NCBI GenBank assembly: GCA_036478295.1
Contig: JAZGDW010000166.1
Location: 1 to 17,186, forward strand
DNA length: 17,186 nucleotides
Reading direction: 5' to 3'
Source: Candidatus Krumholzibacteriia bacterium
GTDB lineage: Bacteria; Krumholzibacteriota; Krumholzibacteriia; WVZY01
Shown: piece after piece, positions 7,181 through 14,091 of the stretch
How positions within the stretch are numbered: the first letter of the stretch is position 1
Layout of the letters: the number at the start of each line of letters is the position of its first letter
Position numbers and translations under genes: made by a program
The notes under the pieces: generated by a model
Told to the model about the DNA's origin: nothing
Seen by the model: only the letters and a program-made list of their open reading frames with translations
Database searches by the model: none

Positions 7181-9133
7181 CTATCCCCGTTTCCCCAGAA
7201 ACGAGCCGAAGAACCCCTTCTTGTTCCGTTGCTGCTCCATCTGCTTGACGACGAAGCCCTTGAAGGAAGACGAACAGATATCCGGTCCGGCTTTCGACTC
7301 GAGCAGGTAGCCGCGGCGCTCGAGATCCTCGTTCACGTACTTGTATTTCTTGTTGATCGCCTTTCCGATTGCGATGCGGCTCAGGTTGTCACGGGCTGGC
7401 TCGTCCATCCGCTCCCACACGAACCGGTAATGTTGATCCACTTCGTCCATATAGGATCGCTTGATCTCCTTCCAGTCCGGTTCGGCATCCGGGTTGTCCG
7501 TCAGGTACTCGAAGACATTCGCACACGCAACCTGGAGAAAAAGCGGAAAGTGGCCCGCGAGTTCCAGTATCCTGTCCGCGTAGGGTTCGAGCGGCACCCC
7601 TTCGGTCTCCGAGGGCGCGGTGATGAGCTCGAGCGCCTCGTCCTGCGTAAAGGGGCGAAGCGGCAAGTTGGAAAAGATATTAAAAAACGGAGAATCGGAG
7701 ATGTCCTTGTTGTGGCACATCCGCTGCAGGTCATCATAAGAGGATGTTACATAAGCAACCCGGTAACTGTTCGCCAGTGAGCGCAAAAACGAAAAGAAGC
7801 TCTCGTCGAAATTCTTGTTACGGGTAATGGCCTCGAATTCATCCATCAGGATGATGATTCTCTTGCCCTGGCCGTCCAGTTCTTCGATAGTCGCTTTCAA
7901 CTGGTCCAGAGTATTATCACGGCTTGTATAATCACTCCCGTCCTTCAATTCATAACTGAACATGTTGAACAAGAAATCGATAAAGCGGGGAATGTCATAG
8001 TCCGCGTCACTCTGAAAATCCATGTATGCGAAAATGGCATGCTCGTGGTTCTCCATGTTACGTCTTCGATTCCTGGGATGATAAACGTGGTTCAATAGCG
8101 ACGATTTGCCGATTCTCCGCTCGCCCACGACCGAGATCGACTGCGGGTGGGGGGCATCGAGACGCGAGTAGATCTTGCGGAGTTCCCTGGAACGCCCGAA
8201 GAACATACCTGGATTCTTGATCATTACGCGGTTGAGGTAGGGATTTCGCTTGCTGCCGCTCTTCGTGAAGACGTCGAGGCCGGAGAGTGTACTCGACAGC
8301 TCGCGATCCGCCGTCGTGAAATCCTTCTGAATCGCCTCGAGTTCAGAGATTACTTCGTCAAAATCGCGCGGGCGGCTGCGGGGATCTTTCTCGAGGCACC
8401 GCAAGATAAGCTCCTTCATCCCATCGGGCACGCCCTCGGCGAACTCGATATCAAAATGATTCAAGATGAGATAGGTAACCGCGTGGGGGTGTTCGGCCTC
8501 GAAAGGAAACCGACCGTTCACCAGACGATGCAGGCCGACACCAAAAGCAAAAATATCGACCCTGCCGTCGATCTTCTGGTTCTTGATTTGCTCGGGCGCG
8601 ATGTAATACGGCGTTCCGACCGCGGCGTGGCCGGACGTCTGGGCCTCTTCGTGAAGCACCTTTGCCAGCCCGAAATCCAGAACTTTGATGTTCTGCTCGT
8701 TATCTTCCCCTTCGTTGATCATGATGTTCCGCAGGGTCAGGTCCCTGTGGATGATGCCCTGCTTGTGCCCGTAGCTCATCGCCTGACAGACCTGGGTCGC
8801 GATCGTACAAACCTGTGAAATGGTCAGCGCCGTGCTCTTGCTGAGGTCCAGCAGATTGGGCCCGTTCACGTACTCCATGACGAGGTAGGGGCGGCCCTTG
8901 TATTCCGCAAAATCATGGACGGTAACAATATTGGGATGATTGAGCCTGGCCATGGATTCGGCTTCGAACAAGAAACGGGCTTTCGCGCCAGTGTGCACCA
9001 TCCGCTCATCCAGCACTTTGACCGCAACGGGCATCTTGAGCGTGGTATGGACGCCCTTATAGACTTCCGCAAATCCGCCCTTACCGACCTTCTTTTCGAT
9101 CTTGTATTTGTCTTGAAGAATCTTCCCGATCAT
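7181..9133 (-). CDS. Hanks-type protein kinase fused to a C-terminal STAND-like P-loop ATPase
   Basis: Kinase: GKGGFAEVY, VAVK, HRDLTLRN, DFG, GTPYYIAPE, DIFAFG. ATPase: NPY...FFGR, Walker A GERRIGKS (8102-8125), Walker B ILMDEFE, GxP-like 'AGHFPLFLQ'. No TM segment. The start overlaps the upstream stop (ATGA). Confidence 0.9.
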   Translation of the reverse strand: MIGKILQDKYKIEKKVGKGGFAEVYKGVHTTLKMPVAVKVLDERMVHTGAKARFLFEAESMARLNHPNIVTVHDFAEYKGRPYLVMEYVNGPNLLDLSKSTALTISQVCTIATQVCQAMSYGHKQGIIHRDLTLRNIMINEGEDNEQNIKVLDFGLAKVLHEEAQTSGHAAVGTPYYIAPEQIKNQKIDGRVDIFAFGVGLHRLVNGRFPFEAEHPHAVTYLILNHFDIEFAEGVPDGMKELILRCLEKDPRSRPRDFDEVISELEAIQKDFTTADRELSSTLSGLDVFTKSGSKRNPYLNRVMIKNPGMFFGRSRELRKIYSRLDAPHPQSISVVGERRIGKSSLLNHVYHPRNRRRNMENHEHAIFAYMDFQSDADYDIPRFIDFLFNMFSYELKDGSDYTSRDNTLDQLKATIEELDGQGKRIIILMDEFEAITRNKNFDESFFSFLRSLANSYRVAYVTSSYDDLQRMCHNKDISDSPFFNIFSNLPLRPFTQDEALELITAPSETEGVPLEPYADRILELAGHFPLFLQVACANVFEYLTDNPDAEPDWKEIKRSYMDEVDQHYRFVWERMDEPARDNLSRIAIGKAINKKYKYVNEDLERRGYLLESKAGPDICSSSFKGFVVKQMEQQRNKKGFFGSFLGKRG

Positions 9134-11331
9134 TGCTGAACGACCCCCTCGGCGGACATATCGATGGACAATTCCTTGTCCCCGCCCGAGAGCACCTGTA
9201 CCACCCTGGTTACGGTACCGTACGTCGGATGGCGCAACATGATCGTGTACGAGCCCTGCGAGAGAGACTGCTCATGACGCGACCCCTGTTTGACCAGGGC
9301 TCCGTCGAGATAGATCTTCGCGTAGGGCACCACTTTGATGGTCAGCTTGCCCGGCGGCAGTTTCTGGAGCTCGCTGCGAACTTCATTCCTAGGCGTGGGC
9401 ACCCGGATTGTCAGGTTCTTGGTCGCATAACCTTCCATCTCGAGCCGCAGCCGGTGCCGGCCGTAGACGAGCCTGTACATGTCTGGCGTCTTCCCCGCGG
9501 GCTTGCCGTCTATAAAAATCAAAGCCCCCGAAGGATCACTTTCGATACGAGTGTTGGCCATCGACTTTGCCAGATCATGATGACTGGTCACGACGGAATC
9601 CTCATAAACCTGGACACTCACCACCCGGCGGTCGTAGCCCTCCATGGCGAGGCGTATCTCGTGCGGGGCATTGACGGACAGGTTATCGAAGGTCCACGGC
9701 GTCACAGAATCTGTCTGCTTTCCATCCAGCGAGATTCTCGCCCCGCGCGGTGACGATGTGACTCTCACGCCGCCGGATTGCTCGATCAGCGTAATCAACG
9801 TATCAAAAGGCTCATCCGGCCGCAGCACCACCGTTGCCTCTGCCGGCTTGTACCCGGCAAGCTCGATGCGAAGAACAGCGCTCGCCGCGGGCACTACGAC
9901 ATTCCCCATGGGAGTCTGGCCGATCCTTCGATCATCCAGGAGAACCCACGCGTTGGGCGGCTCTGTCGCAATGGTCACACGCGTCGAATCTACGACCACG
10001 GAAACGCCCGGCTGGTTGGCGGGAGGCCTGGTAATGACCCACGTCGAGCCGGCGATCAGTGCGACAGCAGCCGCGATGGTCAGCGTCCTCGTGAGCTTCC
10101 TGCCCTTTATCCATTCGAGCCCCTCCCCGAGTTCCCCTTCCGCCGCTTTAATTTCATCGATGACCTGCCAGATCGAATGCATGCGCCCGGCCCAACGCCG
10201 CCACACATCCATCTTGAAAGTGTACTTGTTCTCGTCGCTTTCTTTTTCGAGTATGTCCTGGTGAAAAAGTCTCTCGAGCGTTTCATTCAGCGCATTGGGG
10301 TCAATGCTGAGTCCGATTTTCTCGTTCTTCCCATAGGCCAGGATTTCCTCGGCCGAGACCGGCTTGATCGCGTCCGTGTTCAGTTCCCCAATGATGGACA
10401 GGGCGAGTTTCTCGATGTCGGTCAGCGAGTTCCAGGCGAAGATCATCTGTGGCAGCGGATTCTCGATGATCTGGTCGGCGACGTTCTGGAGATCGTCGGC
10501 CGTCACTTCGTAGCGATGCACCTCGTTCAGATGGTCGACGAGCGCCTGGCATATGACCTGTGTGTAAAAGGGCTGGCCGGCGGTGAGCGCATAGATATGC
10601 TCCGGGACCAGCGGCTCGTACTGGATAACGTCGGCCAGAGGTTCCACGATGAGCCGCAGCGTATCCGCCTCCGTAAGAAAACTTATTCGGCGGTGAAGCG
10701 CCTTGACGAGAAAATGCTCCCAGTATTCGGCCTTTCTTTCCTCGAGCTTATCCGAACCCGTAAATACAATAAAAACCCCCTGCTTGTGTTCGATCCAGTT
10801 GGCAAAGAGGTTGAGAATCTCCGTACTTATGAGGCCTTTCACGTTATGGGTCTCGAATATCTCGTATTCGTCGAATAGGAGAATGAGCTTTTTCCCACCG
10901 AGACGCTCGTTGATCTTGGTGATCAGATTTTGAAACGCTTCCGACGAGCCGCTGTCGGTCTTCGCGAGAAAATCTCTTTCCAGGGAAATCCCGGGATCGC
11001 CAATCGCTTCGATGATGGCGCGGCCCAATTTGATCAGGAAATCGAGATCGTTCTCCACCGTCATCGCCTGCATGTCGATGAGCACCGGAAAAAAATCCTC
11101 CCCGAGACGACCGTTCATGATCTGAAAGAGGATCGACGTCTTGCCGCTGCGCCGGGAGCCGCATAGAACGAGGAGACCGCCCTTCTCGCCGCCCGTTACT
11201 TTTTGCCGGATGAATTTGAAATCGTCCTGCCGGCCGAAGAACATGTTCTGTTCCCGGATCGGATTGCCGACGATGTAGGGATTGGCGATCGGTTGGAAAT
11301 TATCTTTGCTGGCAGAGTTCATTAGGGGCAC
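9130..11331 (-). CDS. STAND-like P-loop ATPase - single TM helix - four PEGA-like domains
   Basis: NPYIVG...FFGR, Walker A GSRRSGKT (11137-11160), Walker B LLFDEYE, 'TAGQPFYTQ'. TM 'LTIAAAVALIAGSTWVI' follows basic KGRK. PEGA-type starts 'VTIATEPPNAWVLLD..IGQTP', 'VRVTSSPRGARISLDG...TP', 'IESDPSGALIFIDG...GKTP', 'LTIKVVPYAKIYLDG'. Start is GTG 11331 or ATG 11322. Confidence 0.85.
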   Translation of the reverse strand: MPLMNSASKDNFQPIANPYIVGNPIREQNMFFGRQDDFKFIRQKVTGGEKGGLLVLCGSRRSGKTSILFQIMNGRLGEDFFPVLIDMQAMTVENDLDFLIKLGRAIIEAIGDPGISLERDFLAKTDSGSSEAFQNLITKINERLGGKKLILLFDEYEIFETHNVKGLISTEILNLFANWIEHKQGVFIVFTGSDKLEERKAEYWEHFLVKALHRRISFLTEADTLRLIVEPLADVIQYEPLVPEHIYALTAGQPFYTQVICQALVDHLNEVHRYEVTADDLQNVADQIIENPLPQMIFAWNSLTDIEKLALSIIGELNTDAIKPVSAEEILAYGKNEKIGLSIDPNALNETLERLFHQDILEKESDENKYTFKMDVWRRWAGRMHSIWQVIDEIKAAEGELGEGLEWIKGRKLTRTLTIAAAVALIAGSTWVITRPPANQPGVSVVVDSTRVTIATEPPNAWVLLDDRRIGQTPMGNVVVPAASAVLRIELAGYKPAEATVVLRPDEPFDTLITLIEQSGGVRVTSSPRGARISLDGKQTDSVTPWTFDNLSVNAPHEIRLAMEGYDRRVVSVQVYEDSVVTSHHDLAKSMANTRIESDPSGALIFIDGKPAGKTPDMYRLVYGRHRLRLEMEGYATKNLTIRVPTPRNEVRSELQKLPPGKLTIKVVPYAKIYLDGALVKQGSRHEQSLSQGSYTIMLRHPTYGTVTRVVQVLSGGDKELSIDMSAEGVVQQ

Positions 11332-11394
11332 CCGTTACGCCGACACCTGCACGGCGTGACCACTCCTGAGATCGCTGTCCTGACCGCGGCACCA

Positions 11395-12159
11395 TCAGTT
11401 GGTAGGCGGATCCGGGGGTGGGGGTAGAGGATCGGGGGGCGGCTCCACCGGTTCATCGCCTCCACTCAGACCTACGGCCAGAGCGACAACGGCGACCACG
11501 GCCCCAGCGCTTCGGGTTAGCCACCACCACTTTCCGCGCTTGCGCTTCAGGGACACGTTTTCCTTGAGAGAAACACCCGGCCGGATGAGGACGCGTCCGG
11601 TGTAGTCGTGGTGTCCGGACTTGGCCAGTGTGAGATCGTATTCACCGGCCCTGACCAGCGCAAGGTGAAGTGGAGTGGTCCCGACATGTTCGGAATTCAG
11701 GAAAACCCGGCAGTCCTTGGGGTCTTCGATGGTGAGAGACCCGAACATCTCTTTTCTCAACTGGTCGTAGTAGTCGTTTATCGCCGGGAGAAACCAGTCC
11801 TGTTCGGCGGTGAGATCCGGGTACTTCTCCAGAGCCTCTCGGGCCGTTCGGACCGCGCTGCCGGTGTCTCCCTTCTCGTGGTGTATCGCGACCAAGTGGT
11901 TGTACGCCCTCCGCAACACGAGCTCGGAGTTCGAGTATTCTGTAATAATCTCCTGCAGCATGTCGATGGCCTGGTCGTACTCGCCGTCGACTTTGAGTTT
12001 GATGACCTCGTCGAACTTGCTGATTGCGGTGCTGCCTTCATCGCCCGCTCTCTGACCCATGACGATATTCGGTGCGATCCACGCACTGGCAAAAGCGATC
12101 AGGGTAGCAAGTATGAGGACCCTCGGGAACAGGGAGTCCCTGGAGATAAGCCGGGTCAT
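11395..12159 (-). CDS. Exported/membrane TPR + PEGA domain protein with C-terminal hydrophobic helix and Pro-rich tail
   Basis: GAGGGGG RBS and hydrophobic N-terminus. TPR-like 'GEYDQAIDMLQEII..Y', 'AYNHL.......GD...A......ALEKYPD'. PEGA 'GSLTIEDP..CRVFLN...VGTTPL......AGEYDLTLAKSGH'. Tail 'RKRGKWWW-hydrophobic-PPPDPLPPPPDPP'. Confidence 0.8.
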   Translation of the reverse strand: MTRLISRDSLFPRVLILATLIAFASAWIAPNIVMGQRAGDEGSTAISKFDEVIKLKVDGEYDQAIDMLQEIITEYSNSELVLRRAYNHLVAIHHEKGDTGSAVRTAREALEKYPDLTAEQDWFLPAINDYYDQLRKEMFGSLTIEDPKDCRVFLNSEHVGTTPLHLALVRAGEYDLTLAKSGHHDYTGRVLIRPGVSLKENVSLKRKRGKWWWLTRSAGAVVAVVALAVGLSGGDEPVEPPPDPLPPPPDPPTN

Positions 12160-12215
12160 GTGTCAACCCCCTCTGGTAGAGTGGTCGGGCAGGCCGCAGG
12201 GTCGTTTACATGGAA

Positions 12216-12245
12216 ACTTTACACTAATTGGCCGCCATGATTCAA
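12216..12245 (-). promoter_or_regulatory. Possible sigma70 promoter for the TPR-PEGA/ATPase/kinase cluster
   Basis: Minus strand TTGAAT (12245-12240), 18 bp spacer, TAAAGT (12221-12216), in an AT-rich intergenic patch ~55 nt upstream of ATG 12159. Confidence 0.35.
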
Positions 12246-12314
12246 GGTAATTCTTGCCCGTGAGGGGGTCCAAGGTCCTGTACCAGCTTCAGTTGGCTGT
12301 GCCGTACGGGGTGC

Positions 12315-13256
12315 TCACGGGCCCGCCCCCGGGGAACGATCGCCGGGGCCGGTCTCAGCCAGCACCGGGTATCCGCTGCTTTCCGTCTCCCTCTTGAAAA
12401 GCTCGCCGAGCCTCGTGGTCACCGGACCGATTTCGCCGGAGCCGATTGTGTGGCCGTCGACCGCCCGTACCCAGGCCAGCTCGCCCATGGTGCCCGTGCA
12501 AAACATCTCGTCGGCGCTGTAGACGTCGCTGGTGGATATGTCGCGCACCTCGCACGAGATATCGTCGTGGGCGCACAGGGCCAGTACCACCCGCCGCGTA
12601 ATCCCCTCGGGGCAGGCGTAGGCGTGAGGGGTTGCCAGGGTGTCGTTTTTCACAATGAAGACGTTCGTCGCGTTGGTCTCCGCAACGAATCCTCGTGTAT
12701 CCAGCATGAGCGCTTCATCCGCGCCGGCGGCACTGGCCTGTATCTTGGCGAGGATCGACTGGATGAGATTGGCGTGATGGATCTTCGCGTCCAGGCAATC
12801 GGGTGGAAAGCGCCGGACCGAGCTTGTAATGAGTGACAAACTGTCCGTGCCGTAGACCGGATCCTTGTGTTCGGCGAGGATGATGAACGTGGGACCAGCC
12901 TGGTTGAGACGGGGATCCATCCCGGACGTGATCTTTTCGCCACGCGTGAGCGTCAGGCGGATGTGCACGCCGTCGCACATGTGGTTGGCCTCCAGCGTGC
13001 GGCGGATTTCTTTTATGAAATTCTCGTGCGGCGGGATTTCTGTGAATGCTAGTGCCTTCGCGGAATCGCGCAAACGGTCCAGATGTTCAATCAAGCGAAA
13101 AATCCGGCCATCGTAAAGCCTCAGACCCTCCCACACCGCGTCGCCACCCTGGACGACACTGTCAAACGGGCTGACCCGCGCCCGGTCGCGGTGTACGAGC
13201 TCGCCGTTGATATTCACGACCAGGTCGCGATTCTTTTCGTTAAACGTTTGTTGCAT
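12315..13256 (-). CDS. PLP-dependent aminotransferase class IV (branched-chain/D-amino acid aminotransferase-like)
   Basis: Motifs 'VSPFD..VQGGDAVWEGLR', 'HLDRL', 'RLTLTRG', catalytic-Lys region 'DAKIHHANL', 'EALMLD..GFVAE....NVF', 'EGITR', 'ADEMFCTGT'. ATG 13256 has GAGG 5 nt upstream and avoids the overlap created by the track start at 13343. Confidence 0.9.
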   Translation of the reverse strand: MQQTFNEKNRDLVVNINGELVHRDRARVSPFDSVVQGGDAVWEGLRLYDGRIFRLIEHLDRLRDSAKALAFTEIPPHENFIKEIRRTLEANHMCDGVHIRLTLTRGEKITSGMDPRLNQAGPTFIILAEHKDPVYGTDSLSLITSSVRRFPPDCLDAKIHHANLIQSILAKIQASAAGADEALMLDTRGFVAETNATNVFIVKNDTLATPHAYACPEGITRRVVLALCAHDDISCEVRDISTSDVYSADEMFCTGTMGELAWVRAVDGHTIGSGEIGPVTTRLGELFKRETESSGYPVLAETGPGDRSPGAGP

Positions 13257-13287
13257 AACAGCCTCGGTGCGCTTGACCCAGGCGGAT

Positions 13288-14058
13288 TCACGCGCGCAGG
13301 CGGTGCTCGTAGAGTCTATCATACGACACGCGGCATTCTTCATGAACCGCGCGCAGGCGCTCCGGCACCGGGTCGGGCTTGGGTTTGTACGGCTGGAATC
13401 CCGTGGACTTCTCGACGGCGCCGTACCAGTACTTCGCCCACACCCCGTCCGTATCGCGGGGCCCGACCTGCCATGACAGCATCTCTTCCTGAAAAGGAAC
13501 CGCCACTGTCTCGCACAGCGCTGCCAGCATGCCCCGCGGGTTATCGAGAATGTCTTTGACGTCCAGAACCGGCGGTGCGACGCCGGCCTCTTCGCGCAGC
13601 AGCTCGAAAAGCTCCCACTGCTGGGGCAACCCCGTGTCCTCCACCGTCGGGCTGGGTGTCACTCTTATGAGCGAGGTCAGCATTTCACGGGGGTCGCGAA
13701 TCAAGAACGCGTTGGTCACCGAGTGGATCCACGCGCGGTCCATTCCCGGGAGCAGGTGGTGCGCCATGTGTTTCTGATAGAAAATCGACTTGCCACCGGG
13801 GATGTCACCGGTCAGGTACTCGACCACCTTGCGCCAGTCCGTCTCCTGGGTGGTCAGCACTTCTTCGCGGCCGGGGTGGTCGACGTTCGTGCGGCTGAGA
13901 TAGTGTGCGTAGAGCGGCTCGTCGCAAACAAAGGTGTCGTCCCGACTTTCCCACGAGCGCATGAGCGCTGTGGAAATGTTGCGCGGTCCCGACCACATCG
14001 CAATGCGAACGCCGGGTGCTTGACGCTGCGCTTTATCCTGACGCGTCTCACGAGTCAA
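13288..14058 (-). CDS. Sulfotransferase-like P-loop protein (Sulfotransfer_5-type)
   Basis: 5'-PSB-like loop 'RIAMWSGPRNISTALMRSW', 'DEPLYAHYL', 'YQKHMAHHL', 3'-PB-like 'FLIRDPREMLTS', 'ML.W..GP...DGVWAKYWY.AV..STGF'. TTG start has AAGGAG 8 nt upstream. Confidence 0.8.
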   Translation of the reverse strand: MTRETRQDKAQRQAPGVRIAMWSGPRNISTALMRSWESRDDTFVCDEPLYAHYLSRTNVDHPGREEVLTTQETDWRKVVEYLTGDIPGGKSIFYQKHMAHHLLPGMDRAWIHSVTNAFLIRDPREMLTSLIRVTPSPTVEDTGLPQQWELFELLREEAGVAPPVLDVKDILDNPRGMLAALCETVAVPFQEEMLSWQVGPRDTDGVWAKYWYGAVEKSTGFQPYKPKPDPVPERLRAVHEECRVSYDRLYEHRLRA

Positions 14059-14091
14059 TTCTCTTGCTCCTTCAACAGCATGTTCGCGGAT

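Noticed and set aside
9133..10878. + strand ORFs of 206, 206 and 366 aa
   Set aside because: Antisense shadows of the ATPase-PEGA gene with no recognisable motifs.
13257..13343. Extended N-terminus of the aminotransferase given in the ORF track
   Set aside because: It overlaps the sulfotransferase-like gene by 56 bp. ATG 13256 has an RBS and starts just before the conserved domain.
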